From the NCBI RefSeq assembly GCF_006345805.1, contig NC_042997.1, positions 54,126,001 to 54,190,000 on the forward strand: a DNA stretch of 64,000 nt. Direction: 5' to 3'. This DNA is from Octopus sinensis (Eukaryota). Under the pieces are notes generated by a model, which was given only the letters and a program-made list of their open reading frames with translations, was not told where the DNA came from and made no database searches. This document shows positions 1 through 12,355 of this stretch, piece after piece (position 1 is the stretch's first letter; each line of letters opens with the position of its first letter). Made by a program: the position numbers and the translations under genes.

Positions 1-267
1 TATGTGGTTGGGATACAAACTTCGAACTATACAATAACACCTGCTTTACATTCATCTTCCCTGGATTATATGGATATTTGAATATTGGATGAGCAATTGT
101 TTTTAACAGTGGGGTGTCCTTTCTGCTATTACCTTCTGAACCATGAAGTAAGAGTGAGAGTGGCTAGTTCTAGCCTATACAGCAGTGGTTCTTAACCACT
201 TTTTACCTTTTTACCCTTTGATTCTTATTTTACTGGGATGGATCCTTATCGCCATTTTGATGTTTAA

Positions 268-488
268 CCCTTTAGCATTTAAACTGGCCCATATCTGGCC
301 AAAATATTCTGCCAGTTTTATGTTCAAACTGGCCAGATTCAACATCTCCCACCTGCCCTATAATGTCATTGTAAAAAGTAAGCAGTCACATTATCAAAAT
401 CTTGAAGCTACAAGATAATGCATAACTAATTCAAAGCAATGTAAATAAATAAGCATTGCATTGACAGAATAATTTGAATGCTAAAGAG
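268..488. mobile_element. piggyBac-like MITE (family P1)
   Basis: TTAA|CCCTTTAGCATT ... AATGCTAAAGAG|TTAA; related copies at ~9270, 28671 and 52848. Confidence 0.75.
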
Positions 489-570
489 TTAAACATTCCT
501 ATCATATTTTTTTTTATTAAAATTATTAGGAATTGAATAAAAAAAATTACTAAAATATTTCTTGAATATA

Positions 571-978
571 GGTGTAGGAGTGGCTGTGTGGTAAGTAGCT
601 TGCTTACGAACCACATGGTTCCGGGTTCAGTCCCACTGTGTGGCACCTTGGGCAAGTGTCTTCTACTGTAGCCTCGGGTCGACCAAAGCCTTGTGAGAAA
701 CTGAAACTGAAAGAAGCCCGTCGTATATATGTATATATATGTGTATGTATGTGTGTGTGTATACGTTTGTGTGTCTGTATTTGTCCCCACAACATCACTT
801 GATAATTGATGCTGGTGTGTTTACATCCCCATAACTTAGTGGTTCGGCAAAAAGAGACTGATAGAATAAGTACTAGGCTTACAAAGAATAAGTCCTGGGG
901 TCGATTTGCTCGACTAAAGGCGATGATCCAGCATGGCCACAGTCAAATGACTGAAACAAGTAAAAGAGGAAAAGAGTA
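571..978 (+). mobile_element. tRNA-derived SINE family A
   Basis: A/B-box head (TGGCTGTGTGGTAAG ... GGTTCAGTCCC), CCTTGGGCAAGT core, internal (TA/TG)n, AAAAGAG(T/G) tail; more than 10 copies in window. Confidence 0.9.
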
Positions 979-1204
979 TAACCAATTTATTGTACATAAG
1001 TTTTAGCAATAAAATCTTATATGGAACCCTAAGTTCACGTGGATCCTGGTTGAGAAGCTCTGTTATGTAGTATCTACAATTACATGTCTAACACTAATAA
1101 ACAACTAGCCACCAGAACAAACACAGTAACATTATTTTGAAAGCCACTGTCTATCAATCTGTTGAGAGAAACAAAACAAATATAAGAAAAAAAGAAACAT
1201 TAAT

Positions 1205-1612
1205 TACTTCTCAAAGTTCAAATTCACCACCACCACCACTACCATTTTCACCACCACCACTGCCACTACCTTCATCACAACTCAAAACATCATCATTGCT
1301 TTTCTTCTCCCTTCATCTTCAATTCCACCCACCTCATTATTATCATTGCCATCACCCTCAATGCAATAACAACTACCACCACCACCACTCCACAAACACT
1401 ACCATTACTACACTTCTTTCATAAGTACCATCAAAAACACCACCACCACCACCACCATTACTATCAACGGTACACTAACCCACATCATCATTCCCCTACA
1501 CACACATATTCTTCACCACTACTGTTACCCCCATTCTTGAAGTCATCACCAAAACAACCACTAAAACTAACACCAGCACCATCACAACCACCACCACCAC
1601 AACCACCACCAT
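1205..1612. repeat. Degenerate (ACC/CAT)n low-complexity tract
   Basis: Runs of caccac/catcat/actact. Confidence 0.85.
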
Positions 1613-2195
1613 GTTTTGTTGATTTATGTGTTTTCTCTTAAAAGCCCTTTTATTTGACAGGAGTTTTTATCTTGGTTTCTATAGAAAGAAGTTAGGAGGT
1701 AGGCAAATGTTGGGTGTGGTCAATTAGTTGCAGTGGAGAGCTAAGTAGTAAAGTGGGTAATGGCTGTAGGGGTTTGAGAGGGAGAGGTTAATTTGAAATA
1801 TTATTTATTAATCCGGAAGTCTCCCTTAGCATGTCACATGGTAATTTTCTCCAATTATTTCCTTATTTTTGTAATTTACTTTTATTTTCCTTAAAATAGT
1901 AGGATGCTTTTCTTTTCCCCAAAATTTTTCCCAAATTAACCTTTTCGCCTGTAGCGAGGCACAGAGAAGCCAGCGCCATTTTGAAACAGCGAGATCTCAC
2001 CTGCAACCATTGCCATATGTGAGACAAAAAGTATCATAAAAACCTTCCTTCTATGATACATCATTTCATTGATAAAAATGAAGGGATTGATAAAATAAAG
2101 TACCAGTCAAGTGCTGGAGTTGATATAATTGACTAATCCCCTCCTGCTAGAATTCCTGGCATTTTACCTGCAGTGGATTGGCTAACCTATTAGAC

Positions 2196-2878
2196 CAGTG
2201 GTTCTCAATTGGGGTCCCTATGGTATAAAATTTATGTGCAATATATTGGTTATTCTTCTACAATACACAAAATATTTTAACAATTTTTTTAATACAATTC
2301 CTTAAAACAGAAAGGAAGCAACAGAAAGTAACAACCACACTCTTACCCGTGCGTAGAGCAGGTCACCTTAAGCTAGTTCCTTATAATTCTTTTATTTGTT
2401 TCAGTCATTTGACTGTGGCCATGGTGTAGCAATGCCTTGAAGGATTTTAGTCCAAGTTATGGGGATGTAAACACACCAACACCGGTTGTCAAGTGGTGAT
2501 AGGGGGCAACAAATACAGACACACACACACACACACAGATATATAGATATGCATACACACACACATACACACATACACATATGTATATATATATATGACA
2601 GGCTTCTTTCAGTTTCTGTCTACCAAATCCACTCACAAGGCTTTGGTCAGTCCAAGGCTATAGTAAAAGGTACTTTTACTAAGGTGTCATGCAGTGGGAC
2701 TGAACCTGGAACCATGTGTTTGGGAAGCAAGCTTCTTGCCACACAGCCACGCCTGCACCTAATATTCAAGTACAAAAATATAATAGGATTTTTTAAAACA
2801 TTGAATGACAATGGGTGTCCACCCAGGTAAAATAATAATCAAAGGGGTCCATAGACAAAAAAATGGTTGAGAACCATG
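2196..2878. mobile_element. hAT-type MITE with nested SINE A
   Basis: CAGTGGTTCTCAA ... TTGAGAACCATG termini; 8-bp flanks tattagac/cattggac. Confidence 0.7.
2391..2760 (-). mobile_element. SINE family A
   Basis: Reverse complement of the family A copy at 571-978. Confidence 0.85.
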
Positions 2879-3126
2879 CATTGGACAAAATGTCTTGTTC
2901 TATTTCCTTTAATTCTTTACATTGGGAGTTCAAATTCTGCCTAGTTCAACTTTGTTTTTATCCTTGTGGTATCAAAAAATTAAGTACTACTGGGGGTCAG
3001 TGGTATTGACAAACACCCTCCCCTCAAAAATCATCTTTGTGCCTACATTAGAAACTCTTATTATTATAGTCTTTTGAAACCATAAATTCTGAAATCTCCA
3101 GTGACTGAAATTAAAACTTCCCTTGT

Positions 3127-3174
<48 letters not shown>

Positions 3175-3415
3175 TATATCCATTCATATGTATGAGAGAA
3201 AGGAAATACACTTACAATGCCATACATGTGTGTTAATGTGTATATTTACGTATATGTTTACATGCTTGTTTATGTGTGTGTCTAATTATACATGAAATTG
3301 TGTCATCATCATCATATTTATATAAGGATTTCATGGAGAAAAGTAAGGAAGTTATACTGATTAAAATTTCCTTCAAGAACATAGCTCTAAATACTTCACA
3401 AATGTTACACAACAT

Positions 3416-3532
3416 ATCATCATCATCATCATCATCATCATTTAGCGTCCGTTTTCCATGCTAGCATGGGTTGGATGGTTCTACTGGGGTCTGTGAAGCC
3501 AGAAGGCTTCATCAGGCCCAGTCAAATCTGGC
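3416..3532 (-). mobile_element. RTE-LINE 3' tail fragment with (GAT)n end
   Basis: (CAT)n then TTTAGCGTCCGTTTTCCATGCTAGCATGGGTTGGA, reverse complement of the tail at 36690-36750. Confidence 0.7.
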
Positions 3533-3576
3533 AATATATATAATATATATTGTGTAACATATATATATGTGTGTGA

Positions 3577-3623
<47 letters not shown>

Positions 3624-4122
3624 CATATACATACATATATATATATACACACGAGGTTTTACTTAGTCTAAATATTTTAGGAGTATATTACAGGGAAATG
3701 TTTTTAAAAAAATAATCTGTAAAACATACATAAAAAATATGAATTAAAAGGAAGTTTTGATAACTTCTGATGAAATAATTCAATTTTTGTCAAAGGTTAT
3801 TACCTTTTTCCTCTAAAAATTGTATTTGCTAACATATGTAATACAAATTATGAATTAACTGTTCTGGTTTGAATGTAAATGAATCTTTCAGTGGGCATGT
3901 TTCTCTTTTCTGCCTCAAATGGGTGCTTATAATGTCTAATATCCTATGTATCAATGTAAACGTCAATCTGCATTAAAAAAAATCATCTCTGTAAATACAT
4001 AATTTAGTTCAATTTATATGTGTAAGGGTCTGTGTATGTATGCATGAATAGTGGTGACATGTTTAAGTGGGTGACAAACTTCACAGGTCATGACTTTCTT
4101 ACATTAATATCTTTGGATAGGA

Positions 4123-4335
4123 AGGCGGTTAGCTGGCAGAAACGTTAACATGCTGGGCAAAATGCTTAGCAGTGTTTCATCTGTCTTTACATTCTGAGTT
4201 CAAATTCCGCCGAGGTAGACTTTGCCTTTAATCCATTCAGGGTCGATAAATTAAGTACCAGTTGCATTCTGGGGTCGATCTAATCGACTAGCTCCCTACC
4301 CCAAAATTTTGGGCCTTGTGCCTAGAGTAGAAAAG
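4123..4335 (+). mobile_element. tRNA-derived SINE family B with 17-bp TSD
   Basis: Head GGCGGTTAGCTGGCAGAAACG, B-box GAGTTCAAATTCC; perfect TSD AATATCTTTGGATAGGA at 4106-4122 and 4336-4352. Confidence 0.92.
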
Positions 4336-4584
4336 AATATCTTTGGATAGGATATCTGTTTTTGCAAGCCTTACTTTGTCTATTCTTCAGTGAGTGTTTT
4401 CAATGATAGGGTGACTTACAAGGGAAGTTCTTTAGCATACATAGCATAAATATTGCAGAATCCAACATTAAATGCAACCAAGGAGTTTTACAGGCATAGC
4501 TCTTATTCATTCATGTCATTATATAAACAAATGTGTGAGTGTAAGGTCTAATAACAGCATTACTTGATATACCTTTGTCATAAA

Positions 4585-4800
4585 GACTTCAAATTTTGGC
4601 ACTAGACCAGCAAATTCAGGAGAAGGGAAAAGTTGATTACATTTGACCCCAGAGCTCACCTGGTACTCATTTTATCAACCCTAAAGGGATGAAAAGCAAA
4701 GCTGGGCTCAGTGGAGCTTGAACTCAGAGTATAAAGATAGACAAAATGTTGCTAAGCATTTTGCCCAGCATGCTAATGAGTCTGCCTGTTCACCACCTTA
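4585..4800 (-). mobile_element. SINE family B, older copy
   Basis: Diverged reverse complement of the 4123 copy. Confidence 0.75.
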
Positions 4801-5035
4801 ATAATACACTTGTCATTATGAATAAGTTAAAAGGTTTTCGTTTCTTGTCCAGTTCCACGTCTCTGTTTTTCTGTTGTAAAAAAATGGCTTTTCCGTTTTT
4901 GTTTCTCATTGAGTTCTACGTCTAGTTGTGGTGTCCTGTACTCACGTATATATATTTATATATGCATGTATATATACATGTAGATGTAGGTACGTACATA
5001 TATATTTGTATGTATGCATATATTTTATTTATTAC

Positions 5036-5082
<47 letters not shown>

Positions 5083-5118
5083 ATACTTTATTTAAAAGTA
5101 GCAGAATAATCACAAAAA

Positions 5119-5152
5119 CTGTTACTCAGAGTTTCACGTTCCCGTTTGTTAG
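5119..5152 (-). ncRNA. Degenerate type I hammerhead ribozyme-like motif
   Basis: Minus strand CTAACAA-ACG(GGAA)CGT-GAAA-CTC(T)GAG-TA; helices II and III pair, core has two G>A changes, helix I lost. Confidence 0.55.
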
Positions 5153-5698
5153 AATGGAACAGAAATGACGATATAATCAAGCAAAGACAAAAAAGACTAG
5201 TTTAAAGGATACACCTTTGAAAATGGTTTTGTTTCATTGGTCCTTTCACCTAATGGCCTTAAGCATGCAATGAACAAAATAAATTCAATATAAATTTATC
5301 CTATTGTAAAATCAAAGAAAACCTTGAATTGAAGGAGGGATTCCAAATACATATGGTAAATAATCATATACGAAATATAAGTCAATTAATACATTAAAAT
5401 TAAAATTAAAAATTTTCATGCTGTATTACATTTTAATTTTAATTTTAATGTGTTAATTGACTTATGTTTCATAAATGTTTATTTACCATATGCATTTGGA
5501 ATCTCTCCTTTGATTCAGGGATTTCTTTGATTTTACAATAGGATGAATTTATATTGAATTTATTTTATTCATTGCATGCTTAAGACCGTTAGTTGAAAGG
5601 ACCAATGCAACAAAACCATTTTCAAAGGTGTATCCGTTAAACTAGTTTTTTTTTTGTTTTTGGTTGATTATATCGTCATTTCAGTTCCATTCTAACGA
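5146..5698. repeat. Long fold-back palindrome, arms ~265 bp, loop ~19 nt
   Basis: 5146-5411 is the imperfect reverse complement of 5431-5698 (e.g. GGATACACCTTTGAAAATGGTTTTGTT / AACAAAACCATTTTCAAAGGTGTATCC). Confidence 0.92.
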
Positions 5699-5874
5699 AA
5701 TGTGGAATAGCTGAAACAGATGAAGGGGAATATTCTTTATGTTGCATGTCTCATTTCTCTGTTCTTTTCGTTGTTCAAAAAAAAGTTGTTTTCTATTTTT
5801 TGTTTTTATGTTTTCGTTTCTTATTGTGTTCAACGTTTGTTTTATGTCCTGTATCCATATATGCATGTATATAT

Positions 5875-5923
<49 letters not shown>

Positions 5924-6032
5924 AAGCTAGAACATCTCAATGTTACACATATATATACCTGAACATTTGTAGAGCCACATTTGGAATAAAAAATGCACAT
6001 TCTCCGCTTTACCTTCAAACATTCAATTTTCA

Positions 6033-6088
<56 letters not shown>

Positions 6089-6124
6089 GTGTGTGTGTGT
6101 GTGTGTGTGTGTGTATTATGTATG

Positions 6125-6155
<31 letters not shown>

Positions 6156-7335
6156 ATGTATGTATATGAGTACAGTACAGCTCCCACGTCAGTAGCAAGC
6201 CATAAAAGAGAGCATAAGTCATCTATTTCATCTGAAGATTGGGTGGCACCTTGTAGCCATATCTTACCTCTCTGTACTCAGGGATACAGTGAAATTGTCA
6301 ATAGAAGGATGTTGCATAGCTAACGATGTGGGAGAGTCATAGGCCAATGGTTTGAAGGTTATTGCAGCCAAGGAGATCTGCACCATCAGACAAAGACTGG
6401 TGTCAGCTAGCAAGTTGAGCTGCTACTGCAGGGCATTCTCATTGTACTTTTGTACACCACCTGCTACTTGGAGTGAAGTCCCAGAGAGACAGTCTGGTGG
6501 GAGCACAACAACAACTGCCTTACTCACCAACCAAAGACATTTTGTTCTGAGCAGAAGTTAATGTTAGGCTATGATAGACAACTGGCACCACCAATTATAT
6601 ATGTGACCAAGTAGGTAAATTACCAATAATTGTCCTTGAATGGATCTAATCCAATTCACAGTGAACAACAGTTAGAAAAGGAAATTGTAAAGGACTAGTC
6701 CTACTGTCTTCATCATTGATAGAAAAACCCACAGAATATTAATAATATTGCATTGTGTTTGCAATAGAGAAGGAGCAAGCTGCCATTATGTACAATATAA
6801 TGCTGATCATTATATTGTACATATGCACGTGATTTAGGGTAATAAGATTACAGCACACCAGTCATTGTTGATATAGGGATTACTATTCCATTACAAAAAG
6901 AAAACATTATTATACAATAGTGCCAACAGACAGTGCATGCACACACACACACACATTCATACATACATACATACATACATACATACATACATACATACAT
7001 ACATACATACATACATACATACATGTGTATGTGTGTTTAAGTGTATGTGTGTTTTTGTGTTTATATGTGTACATGTAATAAAATAATACCAGATGTTGCC
7101 TGGGAAATAAGGGATGCAGTTGGTGGCCAAGCCAATCTGTTGAATAGGAATCATTGTAATTCTGCTTAAATTTATATTTTTGAGCACAATGTGTATATTA
7201 TTATGTAACAGATATACACATAACTGTTTTACTTTTGGAAATATTACTCATGTTTCAATAAAATATTGTAAACAGAAATATCACTCCAATTGTAACAATT
7301 CCATCATTATATATGCAATGTATATACAAGATATA

Positions 7336-8046
7336 CAGGGTGTATAAGGTATTTCAGGACATACCTTTTTGGGTCATTGCTGCATTATTTTGCTAACTCT
7401 GTATAATCTTTGTTTCAGAAAATAATAATGGCAGACCCTCAGCTTACTCTAGAAATGAAGAAGCATGGTTTTAGGAGTTGTCAGCAGCGAAGAACATGTG
7501 ATGCCTCCTTACTTCTTTCTACAAGGCCTTAGAGTTAACTCTTCCACCTACACTGAGGTCCTGAAAATAATTGTTAAGCCCTGGATAGACAGTGTATACA
7601 ATGGAAGGTCATGTGTTTCAGTAAGACTCTGCACTATCACACATGGCTCTAGTAGCACAGGAATGGACAGCTGAAAAGTTTCATGATCACATAACCCCTA
7701 ACATTTGGCCTCCTAATTCCCCAGATCTCAATTCATTGGACTATTACATGTGGAGCATTGTTGAGAGAGAGGTCAATGAACATACCCATAACACCAAAGA
7801 TTCTTTGAAAGCTGCCATAGTCAAAGTAATGTCCAAAATGAACCAGAACCACTTGATTCAAGCATGTAGATGATTTAGATCTCATATAGAAGCAGTTGTT
7901 GAAGCTGAAGTTGGCTTTATTGAATAACATTATAGAAAAGAAGGTTTATTTTTATCCTCATAGAATTTTTGATAAATAAAGTTGTTATCTGTTATTATAT
8001 ATCTGTTTTTTATAAACATAAATCTGTCCTCAAATATCTTACATTG
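7336..8046 (+). mobile_element. Internally deleted Tc1/mariner-superfamily transposon
   Basis: TA-flanked imperfect TIRs (TAAGGTATTTCAGGACA / TGTCCTCAAATATCTTA); DDE C-terminal motif WPPNSPDLNSLDYYMW; frameshifted. Confidence 0.88.
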
Positions 8047-8535
8047 TATATACACATAGATATTTATATTTGTGTTTATACATACGTATACATACATACA
8101 TATATGCATACACACACACACAAACATAAATTTACTAAGACCCGCCAAATGGTTAATTACTTTTTGAAGTCTGATGTTCATGCTGATAAACACAGTCTGG
8201 TCCATATTTTACATTGCTTGGAGTTTCTACCTATTGCAATGGAGCGCCATTGACATACATAGTGATATGGATATTCCCGACAGAAAAATATGTAATCGTA
8301 TAGATAATCTTGATTGTATGTTTTAATTTTTGTCTGTTTATTACTAGGTACAGTTTTAAGTTTGTCGTACTGTTTGCACCAATTTCGAACATTGGCTTCT
8401 TTAACATTAAAATACTATTGTCATGTTCAAATGCATATTCAACATATTTTATTTCTCCTTCACAGTAAACAATTCATACGTTCTGCCCATACTGACAATA
8501 ATGGTAATGACAAATTTTTGCTTGACATTTTATAG

Positions 8536-8704
8536 GTGTGAAAGGGATTAAAATTTCGATACTCCATATCAAAGGTTCCCACAAGACGGGTGGAAAAGAA
8601 TTCTGTTTACATAATCAGTCTGATCAGTCACCTTCCTCTGTCGGTTGAGTACAGTGTCATCCAAGCTGATGTTTATTGGTAAATAAACTTAATTTGCAAC
8701 ACCT
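8536..8704 (+). other. Candidate spliced non-coding/UTR exon
   Basis: Branch-like CTTGAC, ttttatag|G acceptor and CCT|gtgagt donor; all three frames contain stops. Confidence 0.4.
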
Positions 8705-9129
8705 GTGAGTATTTATCAGCTTTATTTTGGTTAGTAATTTGTAATTTTTATCAACAACTTTTCATCTGATCGAGATTTGAGAAGACATACAGCAGTGTGC
8801 TAAAGATCGGACATAATCTTTTGTGGGCAAGAAATGTAAAATAAAGTTTATTATAAACAACACAAACATTTTGTAATTCAATAGCTTTCAATGTGATACC
8901 TGTTAAACAGAAATTATTTTTATGTATTGAAAATTTAATAAAATCTAATCATAATTAAGTGAAATTATGCTAAATACAACTAAATTGAAAACTTTTTTCC
9001 CCTGGCTGTATTAGTAATTCTGAAAACTTTGGGGTGCAAATTTTACATGAGTAGAAGCTTTTTTTAACAAATTCTGAAAATCACCTGCATAAATTACACA
9101 TGTCCGCAAATTACATGGGTTTTTACGGT

Positions 9130-9183
<54 letters not shown>

Positions 9184-9269
9184 TATATGGTTGAGCTGTG
9201 CAATAAATGTCCTGCTTTACTGTTTCCATTTTTTGATGTATTTTCTGGATTTTGTTTCTGAAATTTGTT

Positions 9270-9498
9270 TTAACCCTTTAGAATTCACATTCCTCTGTCA
9301 AATGTAACACTTATTCATTTACATTGTTTTGAATTAATTACACATTAATTACATGTAGCTTCAAAATTTCAATATGCATTTGTTTGTTTTTAAGATGACA
9401 TTGTAGGTTAGGTATGAGAGGCCAAACCTGGTCAGTTTGAACATGAAACAAGAAGAATATTTTGACTGGATATGGCTGGTTTAAATGCAAGAAGATTA
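9270..9498. mobile_element. piggyBac-like MITE P1, reverse orientation, degenerate
   Basis: TTAACCCTTTAG start; body is reverse complement of 268-488. Confidence 0.65.
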
Positions 9499-9539
9499 GC
9501 AACAGAGATCAAGATTGTGTGAAAAAAGAAAAAAAATTC

Positions 9540-9698
9540 ATGGTGTGAGTGTGTAGTAAGAAGCTTCCTTCCCAATCACATGGTTCTATATTCAGCCCCA
9601 TTGCAAGTCACTTTGTGCAAGTGTCTTTTGCTATAGCCTCAGGCTAACCAAAGCCTTGTGGGAGAATTTGGTAGATGGAAATTGAAAGAAGCTTGTCA

Positions 9699-9729
<31 letters not shown>

Positions 9730-9952
9730 GTGTGTGTGTGTGTGTGTGACTGTGTTTGTCCCACCCAGTACTTGACAAGTTGTGTTAGTTTGTTTACATC
9801 TCCATAACCTAATGGTTTGCCAAAAGAGACCAATAGTATAAGTCGCAGGCTTTAAAAAATAAGTACCAGGGATGATTCATTTGACTAAAAGTCCTTCAAG
9901 GGGGTGCCCCAGCATGACTGCAGTTTAATGACTGAAACAAATAAGAGATAAA
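9540..9952 (+). mobile_element. SINE family A, old copy
   Basis: Diverged head, core and tail of family A. Confidence 0.8.
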
Positions 9953-9989
9953 GCCAGTTTTCTTTGTTTTTCTTGTTGTTTTTTTCCAG

Positions 9990-10032
9990 TTATTTGCCTT
10001 ATATATGCAACGCCAATCCAGTGAATCTCAAA
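9990..10032 (+). other. Candidate 43-nt exon
   Basis: ~30-nt polypyrimidine tract ending ttccag| and AAA|gtaagc donor; two frames open. Confidence 0.35.
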
Positions 10033-10503
10033 GTAAGCAGTAACAACTTCTGGGGTGGGTAAAAAATTTTATATGGCTACTGAGAACAAAGGGATAAATA
10101 GGGAAATGTTGGCTACATCTGTGCAGTTTTTGTGCTTTGAGTCTTTGTTTTCTATTTCAATACTCACTTTAAAAGAATTTTAATGTAATATTATGATAAA
10201 CTGCTTGTTAGCCAAAATCACAACAATGACATTTACTATAACGACGACATCAAACAATCTATAACAATAGACTTCAAAATGTGATTAAGTAAATAAACAA
10301 AACCGAATATATGAAGCTGTGAAAATATTTTCAATAAAACTTTTAACCGAACCGAATTTTCAAAAATATCTTTGGTTCATATTCTGTGTGTGAATTATCT
10401 GATAATATTAGTAGTGAAAATCCTTTTTTGTCATTCCAGATAATTGCATAGAACAATATAATTTCAAACTATATTGCATTGATGGAGTGACCTATGTGCA
10501 AAT

Positions 10504-10955
10504 AGATTATTTTCCTTAATCATTTGCACAGTGATCACGATAAGCTTTAAGCTTATAAAAAAATTACCATTATTATTATTTACGGAATTGTAAAACTCAA
10601 CACCACTTAACAAAACTATTCGCACTGAAAGCACATAAAGTTTGTTTACAAAAACAACTACAAACTAATATAATTCTTAAATTTGACAGAGAGGAGCAGG
10701 ATTGTTCACTGGTGTAATCGGTAACACACTTAGCCACATTAACAAAGGGTTGTGGGTTAGAATCCCATGTGTACGGGAAAGCCTACTTTCTTCTGTCAAG
10801 GGCATATACGCCCCATTATTGGACTATTTTCCTTAGTCATTTAACGGTGATTGCTGTAAGCTTTAAGCTTATAAAAAAAATACCATTGTTATTATTTGCA
10901 GAATTGTAAAACTCGACACCGCTTAACAAAACTATTCACACCGAAAGTACATAAA
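10504..10955 (+). repeat. ~135-bp direct repeat pair; second copy preceded by a tRNA-like head (SINE-like)
   Basis: 10504-10639 resembles 10821-10955; A-box TGGTGTAATCGG and B-box GGGTTAGAATCCC at ~10710-10766. Confidence 0.7.
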
Positions 10956-10969
10956 CTACATAAAGTATA

Positions 10970-11440
10970 TCTATGTCTTATCAAATCATCCCCAAAGTGT
11001 TATTAATGGGATAGTCAAAGGAGTATCAATAAGAATCTCTAACTTACCTACAAACGAAATAATTTTTTATAACTTTGCACCCTTTTATAATACAGCATTG
11101 AAGGACAGTGGATTCAATAGGAAGATATATTAAGAATACAATATTTAAAAATAAATTAGGTAAACATTTTCCAAATCTTGTGAAATTAAACATTGACATC
11201 CCTCCCATGAACAAACTCCCCCACCCCCGAGCATCAGAACCAACACCATAATAGAAGATACTATAATTCATTTAATTATAATAACTACACTGGGCAGAGA
11301 AGGAACAACTTAATGAGGAAACAGGAAATTATTTGGTTTATCCCTCCTTTTACGCTCCAAGTCGGAAACTTTCCTAAATTATTTTTTGGGGATTATTGAC
11401 ACAATTTTCCATTAGGCCATAAATATAATTCCATCTTTAA
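10970..11440 (+). pseudogene. Penelope-like element RT C-terminal/linker fragment
   Basis: Translates to SNHPQSVINGIVKGVSIRISNL...APFYNTALKDSGF...IIWFIPPF...FPLGHKYNSIFN, motifs typical of Penelope ORFs; frameshifted. Confidence 0.75.
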
Positions 11441-11825
11441 TCCTGCCTTAAATGGCTGTCAGACTTTACACCTGCTCAAGATTCCTTTTAAAATCATTTT
11501 ATACCAACTTGCTCATTTATTTGAATTACCACTATACATTCACCATCTGCATAATTTAATATCATTGATTTTAATACAACTGCGCAAGTACATTTATGTA
11601 TTTATATATTTATAAATTTTTATATTATATCTTGTGTACATGAATGCACCTATGTATGCTGTGGAGTTTTCCAATGCTTTGAAATATATTGAGTCAATAT
11701 AAACACTGACCTTTGAAATTTGTTCTCTCTTTCTTGGTTTTATATTCTTGAGGCTCTATTAGAGCACTAATTAGTTGTGCTGTATAAGGGGATAATTATC
11801 CCATTTATTTCTTCATTATACTACA

Positions 11826-12146
11826 CATGGTTCAGTGGTTAGAGGGTTGAGCTCACGATTGTGAGGTTGTGAGTTCGATTCCTGGACTGAGCTGTGTGTT
11901 GTGCTCTTGAGCAAGACACTTTATTTCATGTTGCTCCAGTTAACTCAGCTGTAGAAATGAGTTACGACATCACTGGTGCCAAGCTGTATCGGCCTTTGCC
12001 TTTCCCTTGGATAACACTGGTGGTGTGGAGAGGGGAGGCTGGTATGCATGAGCGACTGCTGGCCTTCCACAAACAACCTTGCCTGGACTTGTGCCTCAGA
12101 GGGTAACTTTCTAGGTACAATTCCATGATCATTCATGATTGAAGGG

Positions 12147-12150
<4 letters not shown>
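11826..12150 (+). mobile_element. tRNA-derived SINE family C
   Basis: TGGTTCAGTGGTTAG A-box, GAGTTCGATTCC B-box, CTTGAGCAAGACAC core; homolog at 19921. Confidence 0.88.
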
Positions 12151-12239
<89 letters not shown>

Positions 12240-12355
12240 TACACACACACACACACACACACACGTATATATATATTTCAAAATGTGACCTCGTGTGTAC
12301 CATTGGGGATTTTTTTTCCTCTGTCTTCCCTTCTCGGGGTCTTTCCTTCTCCTAT

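Larger units (their letters stand above)
183..1062. mobile_element. hAT-type MITE hosting a nested piggyBac-like MITE and a SINE
   Basis: Ends CAGTGGTTCTTAACC ... GGTTGAGAAGCTCTG are inverted hAT/Charlie-like termini; degenerate 8-bp flanks ctatacag/ttatgtag. Confidence 0.6.

Noticed and set aside
2355-2375. Micro-exon-like sequence with CGG|gtaaga donor
   Set aside because: Lies inside a MITE and has a poor acceptor context
6180-6600. GC-richer segment with faint LTR-retrotransposon resemblance
   Set aside because: No diagnostic motif could be read convincingly
6789-6823. Small hairpin ATGTACAATATAATG-CTGAT-CATTATATTGTACAT
   Set aside because: Real 15-bp inverted repeat, but isolated and with no context to support a function
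10695-10775. tRNA gene
   Set aside because: A and B boxes present but no complete cloverleaf; treated as a SINE-like head, as for the other SINE heads
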